Source: Camelus ferus
Lineage: Eukaryota
DNA length: 64,000 nt
Assembly: GCF_009834535.1 (NCBI RefSeq)
Contig: NC_045697.1
Location: 1,366,001 to 1,430,000 of the forward strand
Direction: 5' to 3'
The notes beneath the pieces were generated by a model, which saw only the letters and a list, made by a program, of their open reading frames with translations, searched no databases and was not told the origin of the DNA. The translations under genes were made by a program, and so were the position numbers. Shown here piece after piece: positions 10,932-49,680 of the stretch (positions are counted from its first letter, which is position 1; each line of letters begins with the position of its first letter).

Positions 10932-13900
10932 TTATCCACTCTCACCGTGCGCAGCAGGTGCAGAAGGCTTCCTCTGGGCAGAGCTGCTTTCAGAGCAGAT
11001 GCTGGAAGGTGGCTCGAGGCCGGGCCCCATACCAGGGCAGCACCCTGCATGACCGCAGTGCATTGGGGAAGAGGAGAAAAAACTCCATCCTTAACACTGT
11101 TTCCATAAAAACAGACTTTTTGCCTCGGTTCAGGGTTTTCCTTGTGAGCCCTGGAGTGCATGACTGTTACTTCCTTTTAGCATCTTGGGTGGGAGGTGCC
11201 TCTCTCACACAGTACGGCTTGCCCCTGAGATGTTATCTGGATCCTGCGGAGTGGGTGCGGGGAGGACTTTGGAACCCAGCCTGGGCCCCAGGGGCTCCCA
11301 CAGGCAGAAAACCCTCCTTGGGGATGAGAAGGCTGACCTCCCACCCTGACCTCTGGCTCAGGGCAGATCCGTTCTCTTCCATGTTAACTTGGGGCATTTA
11401 TTATTCTCCAATTAAATGAGATAATGAAACTGAACTCTGTTGACCTCTAGGATCTGTGGAAGCCAAGGCTTAGAAAAGCACAGGATCTTCGGGCAGGTCT
11501 GTCTCTTTCAGGTTGAAATACAAGCGCCCTTTAGGGTACTTGATCCTTTTGTGTATTTTTATAGTTTTTAATTAATTCCACAGACAATTTTGTGCCAGCT
11601 CTGGGGTAGGGGTGGGGAATCAGAGGTGGGGAGGCGGGGCCCCGCACCAGGGGCCCCAGTGGTGTCAGGGGAGTTTGGACAACTTCTAAGGAGGCACTGA
11701 GAAGCTAAGAGAGAAGGAAGGAAGGCTTCACAGGTCGTGATATTTGAATCAAGTGTTTAGGGATGTCTAGGAGCTCAGCAGGGAGAGGAGCAGGGTGAGT
11801 ATTTGAGGTTCTGGAGACGCGTGTGCTGCAGCTTCCAAGCCAGTGAGAAGCCCAGCGGGCAGGGCAGGCGGGACACAGGGCAGGCGGGTGGACGAAGGGG
11901 GCCCAGGGGCTGCGGCCCTGGGGTCGGCGTGCTGAGGAGGCCCCCCGGGTCCTGCAGCAGCCGAGAACCTCGGGGGTGTGCTGGTGATGGCTGGAGTGGA
12001 AGGAGGCTCCACGGACCAGAGACCGCCCCTCCCACAGCCTTCCCCATGTCAGAGGGCGGCACCGTCACCCCCCCCCCCCACCAAACGAGGCCGGGCCGGG
12101 GTCCTGGTGGTGCCCGCCACTGGCTTGCTCAGTACCAGTGGCTCACACACACTTTGGGGCGAGAACTGATATACAAATGGGAAGTCTCAGGCACCCACGT
12201 GAGCCATTGTGGGTCAAAAGTCAGCCTGGTTTCTGTAGAACCCATCTTTGAAGCCACTGACTCTTCTGAGACTTGGTCCCCAGGGCCAGCCCTCCGCACC
12301 AGGGCTTCAAGCCAGTTTCAGTGCCATTTCCAAGTTCCAAGAGGCCTTTCTTCTGGCCTCATTCAGGAGAAGCTCCTGCCGGCCTTTGTGTCCATGCACA
12401 GCCAGGGCTGGGCCCCAGTCAGGCCTCCGTGGCTGGGTGGTGCAGGGGCCCAGGTGTGCAGCCGCAGAGGCGTGGGGATGCAGACCCTGGGCTGACAGGC
12501 AGGCGGCTGCGTTGCTTGCTCTCCTGTCTCTGACCAGGGCAGGAGTCAGAGCCTCCAGTAAATCCTCGGGGAACGGGGACATGCCAGGTGCAGAGCTCAC
12601 TCCTCCTAGAACCTCTGTCCCCTGTGCTCTGGCGCCCTTGGCCTGCCGCCCACTGTCACCTTCCTGGAAAATCTCCGGCTTCCCAGTCCCAGGCCTGCCC
12701 GTTTCTGGGCTCACTCCTCGGACCAGGTGCAGGGCCCCCCCATCTGCACAGCCAACATTCTTCCAGGTTGGAGCCGGGTGCCGGCACCCTGGTGCCCAAA
12801 GCTACTCTGCACCCCTACCTGCCCCCCCAGAAGCACGCGGGCGCCCTGGGGCCTGTCCGTCCCTGCTGCCCTTGGGTTTTTCTCCTACTTTCTAACCGTC
12901 GTCTTTTTCTGCTCTCTGGGAGGTTTCCTCAGCTCCATCTTCTGCCTCTTCTATTTATATCCTCAGTTCTGCTGTCGTATTTTAATTTCCAAGAACTCTC
13001 TCTTTCCTGCAGATGTCTCTCAGCTGCCATCTCTCTCGCCATCCCTCGGAGGTGGCGCAGTCGTCTGTTTCTGGGTTTTTCCTGCTGTATATTGTCTGCT
13101 TTCTCTTGCTTCCTTTTTGCTAGTTTTTGTTTCTGGGTTTTGTGTGAGAGGCTCTCTGCAGTGTCTGGTGGCATTTGGCTCTCATTGTCTTTACAGAGAT
13201 AGGGGGTGGTGGGGACTCGGCCAATGGACTGTGATTCACTGAGACCGGCCATCTCCCTGGTGACCCCAGTGTCAGTGTATGTAGCTTTTGTCTTGTCACT
13301 CAGTCTCCAGCCTGGAGGGTCTAGGTCTGGGTGCTGCTGTCCAGAGCCCCTGCAGCTTGTGGGGTAAAGAAGAGGTGCCCTCGCCGTCTCCAGGGCCCTA
13401 GGCCTGGCTTTGCCAATGGCCGGTGCCCAGGAGGGCCAGAGCATGGTGACCCAGGGGAGCTGCTCAGTCAGCATAGACCAAGGGGGGGGCAGGGAAGGGA
13501 GCCCCAGGGACCTGGCCACCAGCTCTGAGGACAATTTGGGGGTCACCTATTAGAACCAGTTCCTGAGGTCCCAGGCATCCCCTAGGCAGCTTCTCCAGGG
13601 TCTGCCAAAGAAGGGCTCTGAGCACACCAGTCTCCTTGGGCTGTTTCTGGAATGTTCAGGCCTGGCCCTTACTGGCTGTGCAGCTCTCTGGGTGCTGGTG
13701 ACCTTGTCTTTAAAATGGGGGAGGTTGAGCCTGGCGACCCGAGGGTTCTCATTGCCTCAAACTTTTGTGATTAGGTCCCCCTGTCCCTGTGAGCAGGGCC
13801 TGGTCGGTAGCCAGTCACCAAAGCCCAGCTGGGCTGAGGGGCTCTCAGAGGCCGACTCACAAGGTGCCTCCCTTCTCCGGGCTTGCCCCTCCTGGGGGCC

Positions 13901-14196
13901 ATCCCCACCCGCGCACAGTGTAGGGCTTGGGGGCAGGTGGGGGCAGCCTGGGAGTCTCCAGAGGGCATGGCGGAGAGGCCCGGGGCTGCGGGTGAGTGGG
14001 AGCCTGGGGGCGGACTCCCCAGGCCTGGACCACAGGCAGCAGAGGCCGGCGGGGATGCAGTCCAGGAGGCGGGCCTGGGCTTACCGCAGCCAGGGCCCCC
14101 CGCTTCCCTCCAGCAGTGCACGCCGCACAAGGTCCCAGGCTCCCCGGTGGGCTTCCTGTCAGTTTGGTGAGGGTCCTTCATCGCCTGCCGAGCTGA

Positions 14197-40098
<25,902 letters not shown>

Positions 40099-41676
40099 GC
40101 CCAGATTCTAGGCCTTTCCTACGGCCTAGCGCTAGACATTCCTGGCGCCCCCTCTTCGGAGTTCCCAGAGCCCTCTCTGCCTGTGGAAACCTGGAGTCCC
40201 CGTTCTCTGCTCGGAGTTGGGTGGCTTAATCCGGAGATCGCCAACACTGGGTATGTGATTGTGCGTGTGCGATTGGGGGAGAAAAGGGCCAGGATCCTTG
40301 AGCCACTAGGAACTGGCCCTTCTCGTGCCTTATCTCCTGTAAACCTCCGGGCAGTAGGGGAGCTGACCAGGGTTGTAGCAACAGTACCCCACAGCCCTTC
40401 TGCTGCTGACGTCACTGGTGCGCAAAGACATGAAGTGACCTGCATGGAGAACCAGGACCCAGAACTAAGTCCGGGTGACTTTAGGGCATGCCCAGCCTTC
40501 CCCAGCATCACTGAAGCACGAGCTGACCTGGGGTCCAGACAGGAACCGATTCATTCCCCTGGGTCCTTGGACCCAGCACTAGACTGGAGACCCGGAGCCT
40601 TGAGGACAGGCTGGCCGACTGAAAGCCTGATGGCGAAATGGAGTCTCATGAATAATGCACGTGTGCTGCAGCTCCGGGAAGGAGAGAGGATGGCCAAGTC
40701 CTTGGGGTGCGGGGCGGTAAGGGAGGGGCTGGAAACTGCCCTGTGGGTAGATGTCCAGGAGAGAGACCCCCACATCCCACATCCTCCTTGGGTCTGCGGA
40801 GGAGATGACACCTCAGGGGGAGGCTAGACCCCAGGGCACATTCAGACCAGGAGGGTGGACATCTCAGAGTGACAAGATCAGCCTGAAGCCCAGAGTTCTC
40901 GCCCAGTATTCTGAACTGTGTCAGAACCCTTGGACTTTCCCACAACTCAGGTTGGTAAAAAGAGAAATTTTCCACCTGTCAAATTAGAGCTGGGAGCAGA
41001 TTAAGTTTCATTTAAAGAAATAAACATGACATTTCTTACATCCTGTGTTGCATGATTCAAACCCATTTCATCTGATATTGATGGAATACACTGATGATGA
41101 CCTGTCCCAGGAGAGTCCCTCAGGAGCTCTGAGGGTTTCAAAAGGGGAATTACTAGCTTCTATAACTGGCAATCCAAAGATGGGGGGACTGCAGGACATA
41201 CCTGATCCAGGAGCTCTGTCTCCAAGCTGGTAGCAGTTCCAACCTCACAATGTCTGGAGGAAGAAGGGCCCTCTTTCCCTGGTGGCCCTCTTAGGAGGGA
41301 AGCCTCTCTGTCCTCCAAGCCTTTTGTGAACATCTGCTCCAGCCTCACTGGGCTAGATTGAAGATGCTCTGCTGAGCCAGTTCCTCCAGTGGGGGAAGGC
41401 CTGCATGGGTGCCCAGAGTAAGCACTGTGGTAGGAGGGGAGAATTACCTTCACCTATCAGACTGGCTCTGGAGCAGAGGAAGAGGTGGTGGCCCAACAAA
41501 CTCAGGGTGCTCTTGGGGCAATGCTAGTTGGCACTCTGCAAGGCCTGTACCTGTCCTCCTGGACTGGGTAGCTGCTCAGAGCTGCCTTGAGAGGACCTGG
41601 GGCTTCTGCTGGATACACATCCCTGTAGGGGCAGGTCTTGGGCCATCCCCTGAGCTTATGGCCTGAGGGCAGACCT

Positions 41677-42125
41677 TGTGTAGTATACTGATGGCAAAAA
41701 TATCTCCAGGTTCCTCGCCTTGTGACCTCCCATCAAGAGGCAGAGTTATTTCCCCCAGTCTTGGATCTGGGCTGACTTGCTTTGGCCAATAGAGTGCAGC
41801 AGGCTTGGCTGTGTGCCAGTTCAGAGCCTGGACCACAAGTGGTCTTGGGGGTCCCTCTTGTTTGGAGCCCTGCCTGGCTCCAGTATGAGCATGTCCAGGG
41901 TGGCCTGCTGGGATGGGACACCATGGGAAGGAGAGCCTGCTCTCCCAGCAGAGGCCATTGGCAACCACCCTAGAAACCAGCAGACCCCAAAATGTGAGGG
42001 CAGCCAGGAACAGTACCTTCTCCCCCCAACCCCTACTAACTTGTAGATTCACGAGCGACAATATATGTCTATTTGTTTAAAGCACTGAGCTTTCAGGAGG
42101 TTTGTTCTGAAGCAACAGCTAACCA
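41677..42125. mobile_element. MLT1-type LTR
   Basis: gacttgctttggccaatagagtg...tgtttaaagcactgagcttt...gtttgtt...gcaacagctaacc. Confidence 0.7.
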
Positions 42126-42741
42126 ACTACCCACGAGAGCCCAGGGCCTCCGTTCACACTGTGGCTCCCTCCCTCCCCTTCCCTGCATGAGCCCTCTGAG
42201 AGAGTCAAGTTGCCCTGGAAAGAGGGCCCGCCAGAGGAGATCAGGTCCAGCTGATGCTGAGAAAGTGCTCTATGAACCACCTGGGGAATTGACATTCTGC
42301 TTAAGTACAGCCAGAAGGCCCTCGTTGACAGTATCTGAAACTCACTCGGGCAGGGTATCTTCCATGGGAGATAAAAAGCAAGATTCTCAGGCCACAGAGA
42401 TTCAGGCTCTTGTGTAAAGCCCAGGAATCCGCATTTAGCCGTGTGGCACTGTCGGGGCACGGAAGTGCCAATCTTTTCTCTAACCTAGGGTATTGTGGGG
42501 CCGGAGGGAGGCACTAATTGTGAGGGAGCCAGGGGTGCTGACACTACAGGTTCAGTGTCAGGTGTGGACCGGAGAGGACTTGAAGGCAGCTATTGAGCAC
42601 AAAATTGGTATCTGTTATGAGTTTCTTTAACATCACATCTTTATTCAAGTTACAAATAGAAAACCCTAGCCTTTCTTCAGGCTGTGAAATTCATATTACT
42701 AATCTTATTTATAAATCTGGTCATTCAAACAATTGTTTTTT

Positions 42742-42858
42742 AAAATTTTTTGGGGGGGAGGTAATTAGGTTTATTTATTTTATGTAGGTACTGGGGATTG
42801 AACCCAGGACCTTGTGCATGCTAAGCATGTGCTCTACCACTGAACTATGCCCACCCCC
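42742..42858 (-). mobile_element. tRNA-derived SINE (camelid vic-1-like)
   Basis: ggtactggggattgaacccaggaccttgtgcatgctaagcatgtgctctaccactga (antisense B and A boxes); degenerate TSD. Confidence 0.8.
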
Positions 42859-44199
42859 TAAATTATTGTTTTGATTCGTCATGTATGGCCCTATTTAGAA
42901 ACTGAAACCCCCTTAGGCATTTAAAACTGCATTTATACACGTGGAATCTAAATTTGCTTTTTAGCATTTCAGTTGTCTGCCTTATCAAGTATTTCAAAAC
43001 TCCTATAGATGTATTAAATGTCTACATTTCTCTTAAACTTGTGAATTCTCTTTAATATTCCAATTAGTACAAACTTTGGAAAATCTCGTACTTTCCAACT
43101 CTAGATCACTAGCAAAATCAAATACTCAACCACATATTTTACACTGGAATTAGATTTATCTGATATGCTACCATGCCAAATTCCCTTACATAAAATATCA
43201 AACACAGAAATTGCTCACCAACTCAACCCTGAAACATTCATGCTCTGGTTTCCACTTGCTTAGTCATTTCCACACAAGACTCCCTCTTCTGGGTTAAAGA
43301 CCCTTTCTTAGGAAACAGTCCATCCCAAGACATTTGGGGTGGCCTCCTTACTGCCCGAGCATTCTGAGGAACCAGGGATGACGGCCCTGGCCTGAGACCT
43401 GGATATTCTCTGGACAAGGACAAGCTGGGCTCTCTTTTGATTGCCAAATCCATGCCCAGTTCTGGGAGCTAAACCCAAGGAACCCACCGCCAGACTCTCA
43501 TTTAATCCCAATTCTGACAAGCAGTGCCTCCCCAGGGCTGGCATGCCCCTGTGCTGCAGAAGGTTGAGTCCTCCACCTTTTTCCTCTGAGATAGGTCCTG
43601 TTATTATCTCTATTAACAGGCAAGGGAACTGTGAACTTTGTCTGCAATGGAGCTGGGATTCAAACTCGGACAGGAGGGATCAGGACCTGCATTCTCTTGA
43701 CTCTCGGAGTTGCATCAGATGCCGGAGGCCCCTGAGAGCTCCAGGCCTCCGCCTGGGTCATGGCCCCTTTCCCAGGACCGGTCCATGGCGAGAGTTCCTC
43801 CACGGGTTCAGTCCTTCCTTTCCTGACACCTCATGTCCCTGGGATAATCCAGACTTAACCTGGCATCTGGGCTCTCCAAGGTCTGACCCTTGCCTCCCCC
43901 GCCCCCCACCTCTGTACTCCTGGCACCCTGGGCCGCCTCCAGTTTTCTGAACATGGTAGCCCAAACTTTTTCTACCTAGGCTCCCTATTCTTGGAACTCT
44001 AGTCCTTTCAGTTCCCAACTCTGAGGTCGCTTCCTCCGGGGAGCCCTCCCAGACGTCTTGGTAGAGTGGCTCCTCCGGCTTCCCTCCCCTCTCCACCACC
44101 AGCCTGGGAGAACCCCGGATCACAGGGACTAGAGGACGACCCCGGGCCTGGCAGGTCAGGAGTCGGGAGCGCCTGGACGACCTGCAGACCCAGGCCCAG

Positions 44200-45350
44200 T
44201 TTCTGGCTGATAGTAGAGACCCCGGGAATATCGCTCACAAAACATCACTAACGAGGACACTGACGCCGGGATACGCGCGTCCCGCTCGACGCAGCGAGCA
44301 GGGCGGCGGGAGCCCAGACCACGACTCCCGAGAGGCCTTGCGGGCTGAGGGGCACCGACCACATCTCTCGCGGGAAGGCGGGAACTTGAGCTCGCGAGCG
44401 GGGGCGTGGCCGGAAGGAGGATCTTTTCAAAGAGGTAATAGATGGTTCTACTATCCAATAGGATTGAAAATATGCCTCCTCGACCGGCAGACCACGGGAG
44501 TAGGGACGCGGACGACCAATAGGAAAGCGTGAGGGGCGGAGCCGAGGCCTCCGGAGCGGAAGCGGGACGCTGTTGAGGCGGCGGCGTCTTGCTTGAGGGC
44601 TTCTCAGCGGCTTCTGAAGGTGCTTCCTCGATCGAGTGCGTCGACGACCGCGCCTGCCGAGCCTTACCAGCGCCAGGTAGGGCCAGGCTTCGCCCGGAGG
44701 GAGCGGCAAGCCAGGGCTGGGCAGATTCGGAGTTCGGGCGGCTTCGCGGCCTGCAGAGGCCTCGGCGCCGCGGCCCAGGGAGCCGCCTTGGCGCGGCCGA
44801 CCGCGCTCCGCCCCGACGCCCCCCGGGCCTCTCCCGGACCGCGGGTCCACTCGCCCGCCCGCCCTGCCGTCCGCGCGGCTGCAGGAGCCCGGCTCGGTGT
44901 GGGCAACGGAAGTGAGATGCCTCTCCGCGGGTCTCGGTCTCGCCGGCGGGCAGCGGCCAGCGGCGCTTCGTCCATAGCGTGGCGGGGGAAACTGAGGCTG
45001 GGAGAGGAGGGACGCGCCCAAGGTCACTCGGAGCGGGGCAGGGCCGGGCGCGGGGGATCGGGGCAGGGCCGGCGAGGGTTTTGTCCGTCCAAGGCCGCTG
45101 CCTTTGTGTGCTCGCGCCGCCGCCCCGCCATCGTGGGCCTGCGAGTCCGCTCGGACGCCAGGCGGAGACTCCTCGGGGCTGGGACGGGGTTGGGGGCTCC
45201 AGGCCGGGGGCAGAGCTCGATGGGTCCTTGGCTTCCGGTCGGTGTGTCGCGGGACTGGCCGAGGCCTGTGGCCGAGCTCCTCCGCGTGAGCCTGCACCTC
45301 CCAGGCGCACCTGCACGCAGGTTCCTGAAGCACTGGACTCAGTGCACGCC
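44200..45350 (+). promoter_or_regulatory. RNF4 CpG-island promoter
   Basis: High CpG. CCAAT at 44455 and 44516, GC box GGGGCGGAG at 44533, ETS cores CGGAAG, CGCG motifs at 44366 and 44390. Confidence 0.85.
44560..44676 (+). other. RNF4: Probable non-coding exon 1 of RNF4 (start approximate)
   Basis: Directly downstream of the CCAAT/GC boxes; ends at CAG|gtaggg. Confidence 0.55.
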
Positions 45351-46019
45351 CCTTCCCACCCTTTGACCCGTCCAGGGAGAAGGGGAGAGTTCAGGGCCCG
45401 CGGTGGCAGTGTTTGTGGGGTTTGGGCTTTTGTCTTAACCGTGTCCCTGCCCATCGACGTTCACGGTCTACCTTTGTTCTGTTTCTGCGCCACGTTCTGG
45501 AGTCTCAGCTCTGCAGTCCTGCACTCCACTTAGGCCGCCCGAGTGGCCTGGGAGACCGAGGCGGTCTGCCCAAGGTCACGCAGGACTAGACCTTCGAATT
45601 CAGTGACCAGGAGTTTGGGGACCACTGCTGATGAAAGGCAGAAGCGTGGAAGGGACTCGTTTTGCTTTGTTTTTCTTGCGGTTTGTTTTTTAGTGGGTGG
45701 GGAAACATATTGGGTGGTTTGAGCGGAAATGGAAACATTCAAGTAGAAAGATATATTGCTGGCTTCTGTATTGCCTGAACTTCGCTTCCAACTCTGATTC
45801 AAATTTTACTTTAATATAGTGTTTATAAACCTTTTTTCAAAGACCACCCCACCCCCACAGGAGCATTCTTACACATTGTTTTCCTGTTTGCCTTCTCCAG
45901 GAAATTTTAATGCTGCTTATATACTCTGTGCCGTTTTTATGAGTCGTCTATGCATATTTACGTTCTGTACATTAAAAGGTTTTTTTCTGTCCCCTTTGAG
46001 AATGCTGACTTAATATTCT

Positions 46020-46440
46020 AAGTCAGCACATTTTTGAGGTCTTCTGTGTGCCAAGCTTTCTGCTTGAGGTCCAGCAGTAAACAGAACAGGTATGGTACAG
46101 GCCCTGGTGGAGCTGAGGAGTGAGAGTGTAGAGAGGGAGAAAAAGTCTCTGCGGTTGAAATATAGATGGTATATGAGATGGGACTGGAGAGGTAAGCAGG
46201 AGCTAGATCACAGAAGGTCTTCCGTGTGCCTCACAAGGAATTCAGAACTCGTCTTAAGGCCAAGTGGAAATCACTGAATTGAGTTCTAAGCGGGGAAGTT
46301 AACATGGTTAGATTCACCTTTTAGAAAAATCACTGTGCTATGAGAAGGGTGGTTAGAAAGGTGGACTAGACTAGTGGCTTCAGGACCAGATAGGAAGAGA
46401 GAGAAGAAAAGGGTAGTTTGGACCAGGGTGGTGACTGGAC
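46020..46440 (-). mobile_element. L2 LINE fragments
   Basis: ctgtgtgccaag...cagtaaacaga; acatggttagattcaccttttagaaaaatcact. Confidence 0.55.
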
Positions 46441-47920
46441 ACCGAACTTAGTGTCAGTGATGCCAATTGTGGCAGTTCTTCACTTAAAGGCCCTTAGCAA
46501 AGTCCATGTCCTGTAGTTTATATACCCCCACCAATTTCTGGGAAAGATTTGGGATGCTACTCTGAAAATGGGTGCACGAGTATTTGTTTGTACTCTGTAT
46601 GACAGTGGCTTTGTGAATTCTTGTGTATGTGTTACCAGTGTTGTATTTTGACGTGATTTACCTACATCTTTCACCATCCCCAGATTTTTGAGGGATGAGT
46701 AGGTTCATGTAGAATATTACAGGGCTGGCTGTCTTGTTGAGATATAATTTACGTGTGTGCTCTTCTACCTTGTTCCTCAGGACTTGAGGTTTCCCCTCTG
46801 AGGAGGGAGACCCAGAGCACAGATACTGCCTTACCCTGAGGACAGAGTCCACGTGTGAGAAAACGCAGGAGGTTAGGTTGGAGGGTGCCTCTCCAGGGAT
46901 CTGGAATCTCCTTTGGAAGTGTTTTTTCCTGGGGCATAAATAAGAACTGGCAAGTTCATTGAATGGTGTGAATTATTTCACACCATGAAGGGTAGGAAAG
47001 GCCTGGAAACTTTTCAAAATGAGTATTATCAGTAGCCTGTTTGTGCAAGAGAGAAATTGTGACCATAAGGCTTTCCTGTAGGCTTTTTAAACCACTGCAG
47101 AGTATACCTCCAGATAGCTAAATAAATGGGCTTGCTGTATAGATTTGACATAAACAAATTTAAAATAAAAGAATGTCTGCTAAATGGCTTTGTTATCTGC
47201 TAACACCTTTTTGTTTTAGAATTGTAATTCCTGGTTTTAGGACTGTGACCCAGCTGTCTGTAGGGGTTACCCTGGGTTTGTGATGCAGTCATACGTACTG
47301 CTCACTACCACTTACAAATCCACACCGCCAGCTGGTTGTGGTTGAGGCACAGGAAGGGGGAAGGACAGAGTCACTTGCCCAAGGTCACACAGTTAGTAAG
47401 CAGACCTGACATCTGAGCCACAGGCTCCAGCGTCTTTGCTCCTTTTGCTGGATTGTTGTGTCACACACACTCTTCTGTGGTGGGAAGGTGCACAGCTGGA
47501 GTTCCCAGTAGCTTTAAATAGTGAGAATTGAACTTAAGAGTGGGGATGTTGTCTTTATTTTTAATGTTTCTTTTTCAAGTAACATTTACCCAGGAAGGGT
47601 CTGATTATAAATATTTTCAAAAAACTTAATTTTCGGTGATTGCATTGTATTCCTGAGGACTTCAGTTACTGTGCCTGAGTGAGTCTCCCTCCACCTCCCC
47701 GCCTCAGCCAGGGAGCGGTCCTGGGACCGGGGCGTTTCCCTGTCTGCTGCACTTCACCGCTTATTTTAGCCAAACTTGCTGAACGCTACTGCTTGCTGTA
47801 GCAGACCAGGATAAAATTTGTTTCCTTTCTAAGCACCTTCTTGATGCTTTCCAATTCTTAACTAAAAAAATTTTAAGAACTTTTTCTTCTGGCCTCGTCT
47901 TGCAAGCTGAAAGTGCTTCG

Positions 47921-48070
47921 GGTGGGAGTGTTCTGTCCTGTCCTCCCGTGACGGCCACCTGCCAGGTCTGCCCCTGTTTCTTGATGGTGACTACAGGTGG
48001 GAGTGTTCTGTCCTGTTCTCCCGTGACGACCACCTGCCAGGTCCGCCTCTGTTTCTTGATGGTGACTACA
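47921..48070. repeat. Tandem duplication, 2 x 75 bp
   Basis: 47921-47995 versus 47996-48070: 71/75 identical. Confidence 0.95.
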
Positions 48071-48476
48071 TTTTTATTTGAAATGAAAGGCTCCATTTCT
48101 CCCATCTCTGAAATTCATTTTTTTCCCTTTGAAAATACCCTGTGCTATCCTTGTAAGTATCTACCATCTCTTTCAAGCATCTAATAAGCTTGATACTTTA
48201 ATTTCAATGGAAGAATCATTTAGCCAGTGTGTTTGCGCCAAGTGCTGTGGAAAGGAGAGGGAATCTGTGACAAGTATTTGACATGAGAGTTACGTTATTC
48301 ACGTTGAGACCAGTGGAAGAAACTCAGGACCAGGAGGAGTGAGAGGAATGTAAGTAACATTTCTTTGAGGTAGGCCTTGAAGAAGGAGCAGGGGTTCCTC
48401 AAGGGGGCTGAGGGTAGGGGAACCTTGCCTTTGCTGGGAAGGCAACAGCATATATCAAATTATGGCACTGTGATTA

Positions 48477-49135
48477 TGTTACCGGAAAATGGGGCACTGA
48501 GAGGATGGCCATGTCCCAGGTCTTGGGTGAGTCCTTGGGGTGTGCCCTCCAAGTGAGGGTCCTTGGCTTCGCACAGGATAGAAGTCAAGAGCAAGCCACG
48601 GTAAAGTGAAAGTAGATTTATCCAGGGAGTTACGCACTCCATAGACAGAGCACGGGCACCTCAGAAGGCAGGAAAAGCCTGGAGAGACGGAGTATCTTGG
48701 AAAGCGAGTGACCTAGGAGATACACTTTCCATAGGCAGAACAAGGTCTATCTCAGAAGGCAGAGCAACCTCAGGGCATGGGGTTGCCGGGAAAGTGGGAG
48801 TGGCCTGGGGTTCAGGGATGTTTTGTTCTTCTGGACTGGGTAATTTCACATGCTAATGAGTGGGAGGACTAGTCCAGCTCTTTGGGGGAAGGAATTGGGC
48901 CACTGCCTCCTTTTTGGCCACTTATGGTTTGCCTGGGAACTGTCATGGTGCCTGGGGGTGTGTCATTTAGGATGCTGATATGTTACAATGAGTGTATAAT
49001 GAGGCTCAAGTTCTACTGGAAAGTCGAATCTTCCACCATCTTGGGGTTAGTAGGTTCTAACCAGTTTTTGTCGCATCCTCAACGGCTGTGTCATTCTTTT
49101 AATGGTTGTGCCCTGCCCCCTTCCTTCCTGTCTCA
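48477..49135 (-). mobile_element. ERV solo LTR, copy B (RNF4 intron 1)
   Basis: TG...CA termini, 659 bp, same family and orientation as 37920-38533. Confidence 0.8.
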
Positions 49136-49192
49136 ATAGGAAAGAGCATGGAGTGGATGCCTGACACCCAGGGTACCTGAGGTAAAGTATGG

Positions 49193-49680
49193 TCAGTTTT
49201 GCTTTAAACACTTGTTGGAAGCGTGCATTAGTTCCAGTGGGGTTGACACATTCAGGAGCCAGATGAATGTAGTGGGAATATTGAGTTTGGTGTGCAGAAT
49301 TTCGTCCGTGAGAAATAGGTGAGTGTAGAAAATTGAACGCAGCTTAACCGAGCCACATAGACCGTAGACCGCGTGCACCTCAAGCATCTCCCAGATGTCT
49401 GGGTTGCCTGTGTGTGCTGTGAGGCACACCCTGCACGTCTGATGTTACAGTATTTGCCCTACTTCCCAAGAGCTCACAGGCCGCAAACCTGGTAGAGCGC
49501 CGTAGTTACTGTGGTATATGTGCGCTTCTTAACCATTTGATTCATTGAACTGTGCTGCTGGGTTTCTTGTTAGCTTCCTACTGTGTGTGTGTGATTGACT
49601 ACGTTTTTGAGTGTGGTACCCGTTTCCTCTTTCCCGTAAGCCCTGAGCGTTTTTTGGCACTTTATGGGATTTTTGTTGGT
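49193..49680. mobile_element. Probable old Tigger-like DNA transposon fragment
   Basis: cagttttgctttaa...aatttcgtccgtgagaaa...aaccgagcc resembles ancient TcMar-Tigger consensus; subfamily not assignable. Confidence 0.4.

Noticed and set aside
42742..42858. tRNA genes (also 52501-52640, 58173-58301)
   Set aside because: A/B boxes belong to tRNA-derived SINEs with A-rich tails and TSDs.
44156..45454. 432-aa and 361-aa minus-strand ORFs at the RNF4 promoter
   Set aside because: Low-complexity Pro/Arg/Gly/Ala translations expected from a stop-poor CpG island; no recognisable domain.
47921..48070. CRISPR-like array
   Set aside because: Only two abutting copies with no spacers, in mammalian intronic DNA.
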